Notes: generated from the sequence alone by a model not told the origin. Shown: positions 19,901 to 30,600, counted from the first letter of the stretch. The stretch: DNA of 64,000 nt from Rhodothermales bacterium (GCA_951812585.1 OX638318.1:88819-152818), one strand, 5' to 3'. Numbers and translations are program-made.

Positions 19901-22291
19901 GCTCTGCTCAAAGCGCGGCAGTTCCACCACATCGGTGATCGTCACCGTGACAGCAGCCGTAGACCTCAGGTTGGCTTGGTCTCTCGCGGTTAGCGTCAGC
20001 GCATAACTGTTGGGTGGCGTTTCGAAGTCTTCCCCGGCACCCGCGTAGGTGATCAAGCCCATTGATGATACGGCAAACCTGTTCGCACCTGTCCCCGAGA
20101 GGCTGTAGGTGATCATGTCGCCGGCATCCGGGTCCATGGCCATCGCCGATCCTACGGTGTCGGCGGCGGCGACACTTTCTGGAATGCTGAAGGCGAAGGT
20201 CGTCTCCGCAAACGTCGGTGCTTCGTTGACGTTCACCACGGTCACGGAGACCGGCACATCCGTATACACCTCATCCGAGGTGCGGGCGCGTACCATGAAG
20301 TTGTACACGTTTGGCAGCGTTTCAAAGTCTTCCCCGTCGCCAACGTAGTCCAAATCCCCTGTGGTGAGGTCGATGCTGAACTTGTCCTCGGGCGCACCCT
20401 CCAGGCTATAGGCTATGGCCACTGGCAACTCGACCGTTGCGGCCACAGTACCCAGCGGTACCGCTGTTCCTTCCGGTGTTGCTTCCTTCAGGTTAAAGGC
20501 GTAGCTCTCAAATGAGAACTTGGGCACATCCGAGCCGCCGCCATCCCCTTCTATCGTCACGGTGACCGTTGTGCTTGCTTGCCGTCTGCCGGGGTCAGTG
20601 GCTACTACTGTCAGGGTGTAGCTTGGGGGATCGCCCGTTTCGCCTGGGCCGATGTAGGATATGGCACCACCGGTGGCTGAAACCGTGAAGCGATCACTGC
20701 CGATCAGGCTATAGGTCAACGCATCGCCATCGGGATCTGTCGCAGATACGGTGCCGACGCTGACGGCCGTATCGTCCCCCGACTGGCCGGGAGCCAAGGT
20801 GAACGCATAATTCAGCGCAGCAAACACCGGCGGCAGGTTGCCACCGCCACCGCCACCGCCACCGCCACCACCACCGCCGCCGCCGCCGCCACCACCACCA
20901 CCACCACCACCGGTGGTGTCGCTGTGCTTGATGGTTACTCCAGCAGTGGACGTTTCCGCTGTGCCCACCTCCGTAGCAGTCACGGTTAGTAAGAGATCCG
21001 GAATTCGCGTTGCGGCTTGAAACAACGGCACAGGAACCGTTCCCGTGTATGTCAAGATGCCGGTGTTGATGCCGACGTCGATGGAGTCTATATAGTGGCA
21101 TAGATCGAGATCTGTAGTACAGCCAGCGTTGCGATCCCCTATAGCCGGCAAACTGTATTCTACCGCTTGCCTCGTTAAGCTTGTTGCAGTGACCTTGCCA
21201 ATCTGGGCACCGGTCGTCCACAGCTGAACAAGATTGAATATGTAACTCTCCTGCTCTGCCGGTACGTCGAATTTGGGGTAATCCACAAAATCGATGGTGA
21301 CTGTCGCATCGAGGCTCTCCTGTCCATCGGTGGCTGTAATTGTAACTTCATGTTTATCATTCATGCCCGTAAAATCCACCCCCGTACCCGTATAAAGCAG
21401 CTCGTCCTCACTACTCTTGATCTCGTACGAGCTTGCATCAGTACCACTCAACGTAAGCTGAAAGTCGGCGCCTTCTGGGTCCTTAACAGTGAACCTTCCA
21501 ACAGACCACGGCACGTCCGCGCCGGAGACAGCTTCAGGCAACGAAAACGTGTACGTAGGAAGAGCAGCAGTACCTCCGGCATCTGTAAATACGGGTGCCT
21601 CGTTTGCGTTCGTCACCTTGACCGTGACGGGGACGGTATCTGACCCTGTGGTACCATTCGGACCTCCAGAGTACGTAGCCCGTAACACCAGGCTGTACGC
21701 ACTGCTGGGATTGGAAAACGACTCGAAGTCTTCGCCATCGCCGGCATAGGTCAGAGCTCCGCCGTCGGCGTTGTATGGGTCAGTACCCGTTGGAGTATCA
21801 GTTGTCCCGCCAAAAGTCACTTCGAATCCCTTGTACTCCTGCTGTCCACTGGCGTTGGTGAAATCCCACCGGACCTGCGATCCACTCGCTGCTCCGCAGG
21901 TTGCAAAATCTGGATTAGTCTCGTCATTGTTATTGAGGGTGTAAGCCAAGCCACCGTCAGCTTCATTTTCCTCTAACGTAACCGTCAGGCTGACCACTCC
22001 AATTAATGCAGGGTCGGTCGCCTGGTCAGCCGGATCCCCGTCACAGTCCGTGTCCGGGTTCGTGCTGGGTCCGAGGACGATCCTGAAACCACTAGTCTGG
22101 GCCTGCGCGGAATTCACAGCGCTTACCGCCAAGAGCGCGAACGTCAAGAGCATGCACAAACCTAAAGGAAGCCAGGTCCCGGACTGGCTGAGGCCCCGCC
22201 TAAGCCGCGGAGCACCAGCAGGTCGCAGGGCAAACGCACGTGACGAAAGAGGTGAAGAAAACAGCGTGGAAGTCGACATATCTGCCACCAA
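16979..22291 (-). CDS. Giant cadherin-repeat adhesin with a C-terminal autotransporter (type V) beta-barrel domain
   Basis: 1,770 aa with a signal peptide (LLTFALLAVSAVNSAQA). It has at least 10 repeats of about 100 aa ending in cadherin-like V(T/V)D/NVNEAP(T/V)F junctions. The C-terminal ~450 aa (LTLWGRGNIGSFEG...YFGGDYQF...GVAIS...) has the alternating pattern of an autotransporter barrel. Confidence 0.75.
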   Translation of the reverse strand: MVADMSTSTLFSSPLSSRAFALRPAGAPRLRRGLSQSGTWLPLGLCMLLTFALLAVSAVNSAQAQTSGFRIVLGPSTNPDTDCDGDPADQATDPALIGVVSLTVTLEENEADGGLAYTLNNNDETNPDFATCGAASGSQVRWDFTNASGQQEYKGFEVTFGGTTDTPTGTDPYNADGGALTYAGDGEDFESFSNPSSAYSLVLRATYSGGPNGTTGSDTVPVTVKVTNANEAPVFTDAGGTAALPTYTFSLPEAVSGADVPWSVGRFTVKDPEGADFQLTLSGTDASSYEIKSSEDELLYTGTGVDFTGMNDKHEVTITATDGQESLDATVTIDFVDYPKFDVPAEQESYIFNLVQLWTTGAQIGKVTATSLTRQAVEYSLPAIGDRNAGCTTDLDLCHYIDSIDVGINTGILTYTGTVPVPLFQAATRIPDLLLTVTATEVGTAETSTAGVTIKHSDTTGGGGGGGGGGGGGGGGGGGGGGGGNLPPVFAALNYAFTLAPGQSGDDTAVSVGTVSATDPDGDALTYSLIGSDRFTVSATGGAISYIGPGETGDPPSYTLTVVATDPGRRQASTTVTVTIEGDGGGSDVPKFSFESYAFNLKEATPEGTAVPLGTVAATVELPVAIAYSLEGAPEDKFSIDLTTGDLDYVGDGEDFETLPNVYNFMVRARTSDEVYTDVPVSVTVVNVNEAPTFAETTFAFSIPESVAAADTVGSAMAMDPDAGDMITYSLSGTGANRFAVSSMGLITYAGAGEDFETPPNSYALTLTARDQANLRSTAAVTVTITDVVELPRFEQSSYAFDLMENKAGPLLLGNTTATHDEDRPFTYQLLGADAGSFSIAATGALSYTGSGENYESEMRAFMFKVRATDNRNLYTEAEVTVTVVNVEEAPVFSQRQYDLMLDENDAGPVQIGELMATDPESDAISYSLEGSGALQFRIGRSNGVVSYTGPGEDYEGGPQRYEFNALAIDQGGLEGRTAVEVTIMDVNEAPTFSMTSYTFQLKENDAGPVVVGSTESSDPDGDNLTFSLTGAGSAHFNIDDGDIIYSGSGENFEDGTPPFVFSAIVTDTGNLSATAEITVTVTDVNESPSFDAAEYFFTLSENLPGPTTVGRVNASDPDNDALALSLSGATAALFSVDGAGNIRYVGSGEDFEGGPSSYAFTVNATDGDGLSASAQATVTILDENESPMAVGTFDDVFMQVDASTLSMDVEANFSDPDSDPLNYSASAATQGVADVSVSGTQLMVTPIAIGVTSVTVMAEDPDGLSASQEFTVTIQVSVAERARTLKFTLAAVARTIGTETVDVIGSRMNASRSHGQLMGQSLSCGVFSAGQSCSLQTFAGTAASLLGLRASRPQGGMHSMLTPAALAGMSTLGSARSPIGLQHQSLLSHSSFQAAKGDLTLWGRGNIGSFEGSPDDGFSMEGSTSSIYFGGDYQFGSKFLAGVAISATSGEVDFSSSLNGDGSIETSLTGIHPYVRYAPSAGLSLWGVLGGGSGSADISEDLGDDLSTDLSMTMAAAGLRQAIGSTFALKADVFTVQIDSDLAADLEEVTARAQRLRIAPELGVRRSNATSSYSGSVEMGLRVDGGDADNGVGAEAAVSGGYAHAGSGLSMDFRARTLLVHQAEGYSDWGASLTLRLTPGGDEGLAISVEPSWGNAYGGADALFRQEGTLGQVMSMAGSSEVKARPDRVGVQIGYKMPVSARTRMAPFGRWTNNAYSGYNVQAGTSIAVLGQQGGSQPMVTVDVFTEQNVSGHAGASTRVGLRGSVKLK
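20841..20912 (-). repeat. 72-bp trinucleotide (CCR on the plus strand = GGY/GGN codons) tract encoding 24 consecutive glycines
   Basis: The run ccaccgccaccgcc...ccaccaccg translates as ...HSDTT-G24-NLPPVF inside the autotransporter gene. Confidence 0.95.
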
Positions 22292-22718
22292 TTGGCTAGT
22301 GAGTAATGAGTAGGTGTACGGACCACCCTGAAAGGCCGCCCGAAGCGGGTAATTTAACGGTCATAAAGCTACCGTGCGCCCGGATTCTGCCAGAATATAT
22401 CGCTGCGCGCTCTCCCGCTGCACGCGCGGCCACACCAATGCCGAGGCAATCCGCGTCTGCTGCTGCGCAGCGCGTTCAGCAAGTTGGCACGGGCACCCCC
22501 GCACGGAAATGGCGCCCTACAAGCCAAGGCCGCGCCTTTTGCCTTCCTAAGCGCCTTCGTGCCCGCAGTTTGGGCTGCATAATGCCCATGCATCAGCGCA
22601 GATTGCACCTTGGCTTGCGCCCCATCCGCGGGCGAATAGCCAGCTTGTTCGCAGTATGACCGTTCAGCTCTGTACATAGCACGTCTTGAGGACCACTGCG
22701 TGTGCGCCCTCTCCCTCT

Positions 22719-22736
22719 GGTACACTATAGTGTACC
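22719..22736. promoter_or_regulatory. Perfect 18-bp palindrome ggtacactatagtgtacc
   Basis: Read directly from the sequence. It is AT-rich for this genome and lies about 430 bp upstream of the autotransporter start, in non-coding DNA. Confidence 0.35.
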
Positions 22737-23400
22737 TAAAGATGCAACCGGCCCGCCGAAGCACTCCGTTTTGGCCCATTTAACGGGCATTACAACTTGC
22801 CTCCATCCGCTTTGATCCCGTAGCTTGCGTTGCCATCCTCGGTATTCAGCTCTTTTTTTTTCACACCGGAATCCTCTGCGCTACCGTCTTGGTGCAGTAA
22901 CGCAGCGGGGCCGCCGGCTACGCCGCCTAAAGACCCTGCGAGCACCCTTCACACAGCCTTCTGCGGCTCACGGCTGCCACGAGGCCTTCCGAATAGCATG
23001 CAATGTGCATAAACGCATCTGCGCAGCCTTCCGCCGTGCTGAGCGGACAATGCCAGGATTCGTGCCCTCCGGCTTTAGCGTATCGCCAGGCAACACGCTG
23101 CGGGTCATGGCACTGCAAGCATGGCAGGTGCCGGTTCGCCGCGCGTCCGCAGCTCAAGGGCCCGCATCCAAATTGTAATCCAATCCACCTGCGCCCCTGA
23201 GCTCTTGCGCCGTCCACGGTGCACGCAAATCTATTGCCTGCCGCATATTATGCGCTGCACAGCGCGAACTGCGCGGCAGGCGGAAACAGCGGGCCGTGCA
23301 CGGACCCGTTGTTAGGTCGTTCTTATGAGTAACAGGCATGGATAGCCGGAATTTCCAACCACGATTTTTGGATGACAGGTTGGCATACTTCTGCGTGTGA

Positions 23401-24170
23401 TCAACGGTATTCGATGACGCGTTGGCGGTCGTGCCTCCAAGGGATTCGGCCTTGGGGTCCAAGGTAGCCTGCGGCGCGCAGCGCGTTGTTGTGCGCTCGG
23501 CGGGCGAGCCGGATTATGACTGGATCTTCACGGGTGATGACCGTGGCGGGGGCGCGGACGAAATGATTGAACAGGATCCGGCTTTTGGCGACCGGATAGC
23601 GTGCGCCCAGACGCTTCGCCAGCCCCTGGTACAGCGTGCTGGCAATCAGCGTAAGCTGCAGCAGGTTCCGATCGATACGCAAAGGCACGGTACTGGAGAG
23701 GCGTCCATAGGGAAGCAGTTGATGGCATCTTCAATGGCGTTTTCGATGAGCATGCGTCTAGCGGTCCATCAGTCCTGCGGGGTGTTCATCCTGTTCATCC
23801 ATGCGATTGATGATCAGGAGCGTCGGTTTGCCTGGGCCAAGCCCCTGGATGGCAAGATGGCGCAGCGGACGCGGAACGTTGCGCAGAGTAAAGACGTCGT
23901 CCAACACGCGGGACGTGGCGTCCTTGCGCCCGATGTTGTACAGTCGGACTTTCTTCCAGCGGTCCAGGGACCGTTGAAGATGCCTGCACTCTTTGACAAG
24001 CTGCTGGCCCTCCATGTGGCGCGCGATCATGGGCAGCATCATTGGATACTTGGCACAGCCGGGCAGTGAACGGGGCCACCAAGCGCTGGTTGGATCGCAA
24101 CAGTGGTCTGAACACGTTTGTGGGCGATTCCTGTGAAGCGATGGGGTCCCTGCACCTTTATCGGGCAAGC
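23401..24170 (-). pseudogene. Decayed DDE transposase (C-terminal two thirds, multiple frameshifts)
   Basis: Fragments in different frames read ...LRHLAIQGLGPGKPTLLIINRMDE..., ...RMLIENAIEDAINCF... and ...VIIRLARRAHNNALRAAGYLGPQGRIPW. These resemble a transposase family I recognise only loosely. Confidence 0.45.
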
Positions 24171-24239
24171 GACCTGCCCGTTGGGATCAGCAAGTCACAG
24201 AATAACACCTCTTACGCAGGCACTGGATCTGCCCGCTGC

Positions 24240-24420
24240 GCGTCCTGCGATCACGTTTTACGATCTGACCCATATCTGGAGGGTACCGGGACCGGCTTAA
24301 AGCAAAGCGTGGTCATTCGAAGGAGCGCCGCCATGAGTGTCCCTTGTTGACCTTGGCTTAGACGGGAGCGGCTTTGTACGCAAGAGCAAGGCGGGTAAGG
24401 TGCACCACACGCTGGAGGAG
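24240..24420 (+). pseudogene. Decayed N-terminal fragment of an IS1634/IS4-like transposase
   Basis: Across three frames: ITFYDLTH-YLEGTGTGL-KAKRGHSKERRHECPLLTLAL. This resembles the DvTxxYFEG...GxSKDxRxD..Q motif block. It needs at least two frameshifts within 60 bp. Confidence 0.35.
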
Positions 24421-24931
24421 ATGCTGGCGGCCCGGCAGGCGAAGGGCGCACCTCCAGTTTGGACGACGCTTCGAAGCATTCTCCAGCGACAGACGCGCAC
24501 GACCCGTGTGTTTCCGTACCGCGTACGCTCCATATGCACACAACCGCACAACCCGATCCCGAGCCCCGGTCGATCTATGACGCCTTGGATATAGATTGTA
24601 AGTTTATCTCTACGAAGAAGACCGTCGTCTGATCGGCGGTGTCCAACGTCCTTCTGCAGTCCATTGCAATGCCAGAACAGGTATTTGGGTGATCTATATC
24701 CTTGAATATCAATGACTTGGAAAATGGGATAGTGAATTTGGGATAAGGGAGCAGCGGCAGTCGCGCCCCGTGCGTCGTAAACCCCCGAGGCGGAAATGCA
24801 GCGGAGCCGTGTGCAACCCTTCTCTGTCCGCGCGGCATAGCGCAACCGCCATTGCGGTTAGCGTAATTGCGCTATCATTGGAGCTGTTCGGACACGCAGA
24901 CAACAGAATCACGCTGGTCTGGCCTCTGCTT

Positions 24932-27664
24932 ATGCAACCGCCGCCCATTCATTTCCTGCTGGTTCCAGACGCTGATGCGGCCCGGCGCGTGCGCCGGCAC
25001 CTGGCTACAAGGCATGCACGCTCCGGTGTGATCGTCGGCATGCTGGATCAGCTGTGGGAAAGCGCCGCGTCCAGGTATTTCGTTGCAGCAGAAGGCGCCG
25101 TTGCCGACGATCAGTTTGTGGAAGCGCTAGGAAGCCTGGAAGACGCGTTCTGGAGCAAGAGCTTCGAGGTCGCACCCACCGAAACCGCCGATGCCATAAA
25201 GTCTGCACTGCGCAACCTGGTTGCCGCGTCAGATCCCTACAGGCTCCTCCGCTTGCAGGACCACACCGCCCAGGCAACGCGTTTCCACAAGCGTGTGCAA
25301 GACCTGCTTCGGCTGCGCCGGGCCCTAAACGGAAGACTCCCGGGCAAATTGGATCTGGTACGCCGCCTGCTGCGCGCTCGCGCGCCTGCTGCAGCGACAC
25401 GGATCCTCGTGTACCATGTCAGGGGACTGCCGTCAACCGCGCGCTGGCATGGAGCGCTTATCCGCAAACTCAATTTGGACGCGGACGGCGCGCATGACGC
25501 TGCACTGCAGCGGGAACTGGAAGCATGCCTCCATGCACCGCCCCGTGCGCCTGCGCGAACCGCACTCCATGCGCTGCAGACGCAGCTCTTCAGCGACAAT
25601 GCCAAGTCACAAGCCATTGCGGATGCCTCGACGCAGTGGATACGTGTGCGGGACTACTACCAGGAAGCCGAAGTGGCCGCAGGCATGGCGCAGCAGCTTC
25701 TCAGCGCCCACCCGGACTGGACACCCGCCGACATAGGGATACTCCTTCCGGATAGCCCTGAATACGCGCTGGCAGTTCGTGACGCCTTCGGGCGCGCCGG
25801 CTTTGCGCTGTCCGGGCTGCCGGGCGTGAATCAATCGCGCGATGTCGGTGCCGAGTTGGTTTTTCACTTCCTGTACTGCCGGCAGCCCTTCAGTCCGGCC
25901 ATGGCCAAGGCTGCCGTGCTGACGTCGCCCCTGATGACCAAGTCATTGGAGGCTGGTGCCTTCATGGCCCAACAGATCATGGATGGAGAAAACCTGGCGA
26001 AGGTGACCGAGAAAATGGACCCTTTGACGCAGGAGCTGGCGGCGCTGCTTGAAGGTAAAGATGTGAAGCGCGCCTCGCTGGGGACCGCCCTGGACTCCCT
26101 TGACGCGCTGCTGGATGGCCTGCACAGCAATGGCCTGCCCCAGCACCTTTTGAAGCACCGGACGCACGCACATCGGACCGTCGAGGAGGTGAAACGAGAG
26201 CTGGAATCAATGCAGGAACTGGACTGGGCTCTTTTGCAGCGAGTTGCAGCACCATCGCCTGACGCAGTTGGCCGAGAGGATTCCCCAGTGCATACCCTCG
26301 AAGGCATCACCATTTGGCGCGAAACCCATGAGCCATGGCGCGACGTAAGGCACCTGTTGGCGCTGGGCTTTGACGAATCACGCTATCCGAAAGCTGCGGG
26401 GACATCTTCCGTGTTTTTCGAGGAAGAGCTGCTCGCCATTAGGCGGCTGCATAGGCTGGCCATGCCGACGCCATCAGAACGCATCGCGCGCGCGCGTGAA
26501 CGGCTCCGCAGGCAGCTGGGCGCTGTGCATGATGCAGTTACCTTCTTTGTTCCGTACAGGAATCCTATCGGCGACCCGGCGGGGCAGTCAGAGAGCCTGG
26601 CCTTCATGCAGCGCCTCATCACGGGGCCGCGCGACGCTGAGCTCGTCGTAGACCTGGACAACACGGACACGCGCCACCGCATCCAGTACCTGGCTACGGC
26701 CGATGCCACAAAACCCTCACCGCCGCGCGTACTAACCCCCGCAGCGCCTCGTATTGAACTGGGGCGCAATCTCTTGTATCGGTTCGATGACCCAAGGACG
26801 TTGCGCAGAGAATCGCCGTCCAGCCTGGAGCGCATGCTGGTTTCGCCCTTGGCATGGCTCCTGCACCGGCTCAACGCCTTGCCGCAGGAATGGGAGCCGG
26901 AATCCGTGGGGCCACTCCTTGCGGGATCGCTGGTCCACAGCGTACTGCAAGACCTGGTCGATGAGGAGTTTCTGCATCGCAGCCCAGACGAATTAGCGTC
27001 AGATGTGAAAAGGATCCTCGAGCAAGCAGCCCGAAAGCAGGGTCAGCACCTACTAGGCCCACTCTGGCGCATTGAGCGGCTGAATCTGACGAAGCAGCTG
27101 GTAGACGCAGTCCAGGAATGGCAAAAAATCCTGATTGCGCTCCGAGCACATTCATTCAAAAGCGAATACACGCTGCGCTCGCCTCCAGGTACTTTCTGGG
27201 AAGGCATCCCTGTGGGCGGTCGTGCAGACGTAATCTTTGACGTTGGCCGTGGTCAGCGCTTTGTGGTAGACTACAAATGGACCAAGTCCAGCCGACGGCT
27301 GGAGCAGATGAAGCAGGGATATGAGCTCCAGGCTAGCATCTATCGCGCTTTGGCCCGGATGCATTTTGGCGACAGCACCCAGCGCACCCACATTGCCTAC
27401 TTCACCATGCGAGATCAGGAATATCTGACCGATGCCCCCGCCCCCAGCGCCAAAGGCATCCCGAATTGGCATGCGCTGGAAGACGATGTCAGTGCGCAGG
27501 CCACGCTCCATGTGCGCGGTCACCTCGATGCGCTGCGCACCGGCACCGTGCCGCTCAATACCGATGCAGATAGGACGCTCTTCGAAAAGCTCAGCATCAG
27601 CCTGTTCGCACTGAATGCCAGTCCTCTGATCGAGTTGTTTGCGTTCAAGAATGGAGACGGATGA
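24932..27664 (+). CDS. AddB-type PD-(D/E)XK nuclease subunit of a helicase-nuclease complex
   Basis: About 910 aa from ATG 24932 (MQPPPIHFLLVPD). There is no Walker A motif. The C-terminal RecB-family nuclease motif is GRADVIFD...FVVDYKWTKS...QASIY. It overlaps the downstream helicase gene by ATGA. I saw no Fe-S cysteine cluster. Confidence 0.7.
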   Translation: MQPPPIHFLLVPDADAARRVRRHLATRHARSGVIVGMLDQLWESAASRYFVAAEGAVADDQFVEALGSLEDAFWSKSFEVAPTETADAIKSALRNLVAASDPYRLLRLQDHTAQATRFHKRVQDLLRLRRALNGRLPGKLDLVRRLLRARAPAAATRILVYHVRGLPSTARWHGALIRKLNLDADGAHDAALQRELEACLHAPPRAPARTALHALQTQLFSDNAKSQAIADASTQWIRVRDYYQEAEVAAGMAQQLLSAHPDWTPADIGILLPDSPEYALAVRDAFGRAGFALSGLPGVNQSRDVGAELVFHFLYCRQPFSPAMAKAAVLTSPLMTKSLEAGAFMAQQIMDGENLAKVTEKMDPLTQELAALLEGKDVKRASLGTALDSLDALLDGLHSNGLPQHLLKHRTHAHRTVEEVKRELESMQELDWALLQRVAAPSPDAVGREDSPVHTLEGITIWRETHEPWRDVRHLLALGFDESRYPKAAGTSSVFFEEELLAIRRLHRLAMPTPSERIARARERLRRQLGAVHDAVTFFVPYRNPIGDPAGQSESLAFMQRLITGPRDAELVVDLDNTDTRHRIQYLATADATKPSPPRVLTPAAPRIELGRNLLYRFDDPRTLRRESPSSLERMLVSPLAWLLHRLNALPQEWEPESVGPLLAGSLVHSVLQDLVDEEFLHRSPDELASDVKRILEQAARKQGQHLLGPLWRIERLNLTKQLVDAVQEWQKILIALRAHSFKSEYTLRSPPGTFWEGIPVGGRADVIFDVGRGQRFVVDYKWTKSSRRLEQMKQGYELQASIYRALARMHFGDSTQRTHIAYFTMRDQEYLTDAPAPSAKGIPNWHALEDDVSAQATLHVRGHLDALRTGTVPLNTDADRTLFEKLSISLFALNASPLIELFAFKNGDG

Positions 27665-30600
27665 ACCGGGAAGAGCACACCATATACCGTGCGGGTGCCG
27701 GGTCCGGCAAGACGTACACTGTTCAGCAAAAGCTAGGCGAATGGATTGCGGAGGGCACAGTCAGACCAGACCGCGTGTTGGCCGTCACCTTTACGGAAGC
27801 GGCAGCTTTGGAGCTGCGCGAACGAATCACGGCCAGGCTTCTGGAGGACGGTCGGCTAGCAGACGCCTTGAAGCTGTCCCAAGCGTACATCTCTACAATC
27901 CACGCCTTTGGGCTCCGCTTGCTCACGGAGTTTGCATTTGAGGCGGGCATCTCTCCGCGTCCGCGCCTGCTGAGTGACGACGAGAAAGGCGCACTGATAC
28001 GCCGCGCACTTGCGCAGTCAACTGCAGCGGACGATGTGGCGCACGACCTGGCAGGCTATGGCTACACCTTCCAGTGGATCACCAAACGTACCGCTGCCGA
28101 CCAGTTCCGGGATCACCTGTTGCGCGCGCTTCGACTGCTTAGGCAGATCGGAATAGCGGACGAGGTGCGTGTTCGGCAATTGGTCGCGGCCATGGAACAG
28201 CGTTTATCCAAGGACTATGGAGACACCAAAAAAACTGCCGCGTTGGAGCAGGCGCTTTTGGGCAGCATTCGCACGTTGCTGCAAGTGTTTCCGCGTTCCT
28301 GGATTGATTTTTTTGACGCGACGAGTCTCGGCAAGGAGCCTGCTAAAGCATTCAGACGGGACTATAGCAACCTCAAAAAGGCGCTTGGCAAGGATGCCTT
28401 GAAGCGCGACTGGACGCTTTGGAACAACCTTCAGAAGCTCCGGACGACATCTACCAAGAAGCTGCCGTTGCCGGCGGAGTACACTGCCTTGGCTGACCGC
28501 GTCAAGGACGCGGCCCACGGCTTGGACGTGCATCCTGGCCCCTTAGAGCAGGCAATAGCGCTTGGGCGCATATTGCTAACCACTGCACACGACATCAAGG
28601 GAGGCTACCAGAAACTGAAGGCTGCCGCAGGACTGGTGGACTACATGGACATGAATGCACGGGCAGAATACCTCTTGCGCACACAAGAAGATGTTCGCAA
28701 GACATTGGCCGCGCGCATCGACTGTCTGGTGGTGGATGAGTTTCAGGACACGAACCCGCTGCAGTTCGCTCTGCTTTGGGCGCTCAAGGAGGCCGGTATT
28801 CCGAAGACTCTGGTGGTCGGTGATCTGAAGCAGGCCATCATGGGCTTTCAGGGGGCGGATCCGCGGCTTTTCCAAGCGTTGGCTACGCAGCATCAAGCGA
28901 AGTCGCTCCCCAGCAACTGGCGCTCGCAGCGCGATCTGATGGCCATCATCAACGCGTTCGGCAGCGTGCTCTTTGGAAAGGAATACGACAAGCTCTCCCC
29001 CGAGGCGAAACCCGGTCGGTTGCCGCCGCTGGAAATCGCTCACTTCCCAACGCGCCCCAGGAAAGATCGGTGCCGGGTTCGCGCGTGGACAATTGGCAAT
29101 CGTATCAAGGCGTTGCTTGCAGACGAGACGCTTCGTATCAAGGACCGCAGCACCAAGAAGTCCCGTGGCCTGCGAGGAAGCGATATCGCCGTGCTCTGTC
29201 CGACGAACTTCATGCTGAAAGAGTATGCCGCCATCTTCCGACAGCTTGGCTTGCACGTTAAGTACAGGGAAGACGGCTGGCTTGCTTCGCGCCCGGTGCA
29301 GATTGTGCTGCAGGCGCTGACTTACCTGGTCAACCCCGCGGACCGGCACGCGGCGCTCTATCTGGCGGCTACGGAGCTTGGCGAACACACGCTGCCCGAC
29401 GCGCTGGCGCACCTGATCGAAAGCCACGAGAAGCCGCCTCGCATCGATGACGCCATCTTGGAAAATCTGGACGACTTGCGCAAAAAAAGCCGTCAAAGCG
29501 ATGGCCGTAACAATGGCGCCGGGGTTGGTGTTGCGTCGCTATCGGTCCACACGCTGGTCGCCCGCGTGCTGCAACGACTGAAGCTGTTTGACCGGGTCAT
29601 GGAATGGCCTGACAGCGAGCAGCATCGGGCCAATCTGATCCACCTCTTGTCGGCCGCTCGCGAGTTCACCAATGCTGAACCCGTGGCTATGGCACATGGG
29701 GGACTTCATGGATCCGGTGTGCCCACATTCCTGTCCTGGCTGCGTGCGCGCACTAAGGATGAGGATCAGCAGCCGGAGAAGAAAGTGCTCGAGCAGGATG
29801 CCATCGTGCTGTCCACATGGCACAGTGCCAAGGGGCTCGAATGGCCCGTTGTCGTAGCCGCGGGGCTTCATAAAACGGTGGAAGGGAGACTACCAGATCT
29901 GGGCTTCGAGTACGCTTCGTTTGATGATCTGTCGCAAATTCTGAGCGCAGCGGAGATTCAGTTTAGTCCCTTGTACGTTTCGCCAACGAAGAACGAAACA
30001 GCTCGGGCGCATCTTGATGCTGCCGCACGTGAGACGGCGCTGCGTCTTTTGTACGTAGTGCTGAGCCGCCCCCGCAACAAGCTGATCATTGAGTGGCCCG
30101 ACTATCTCGCTACGCGCAGTTCCAAGGCGCAAACGTACTGGTCGCTCTTGCGAACCCACCAGTGTTCATTCGATGCCGTACAGCAAGCGTTAAGCATCGC
30201 TGACGTGCCGTACGCATGCCATGTTATCGAGGGCGATGCAGCGCTGCCGGACGAGGACCTGGCCGCCCAAGGTGCGCCCACTCGTCTGCTTTCCGACGTT
30301 GGCCGCCGCGCCATTAGGCCGGGGAACGCGCCTAGGGACTTGACCCTTGAAGCGCTCTATCCGTCCGACCTGGACCAAGTGGCCGGTGCAGAAGCCGATG
30401 AGGACACAACGACCGATGCGCAAACCCACATAGACAAAGCATACGCCGATCTACCTGTCCGCACCATCCGATACGGGCAAGGGGTACAGCTTCCCGAGCA
30501 CGACGTTGCCGCACTCAGGGAGGTGGGACCGAACGCGCTTGGCGTGTTTTTGCATCGCTGCTTCGAGGTGCTGGGGCAACGTCCCGACCTGGCCGATACG

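Noticed and set aside
20838-21020. A poly-proline ORF (M-P24-...) on the plus strand.
   Set aside because: It is the antisense reading of the glycine-coding triplet repeat within the 1,770-aa gene.
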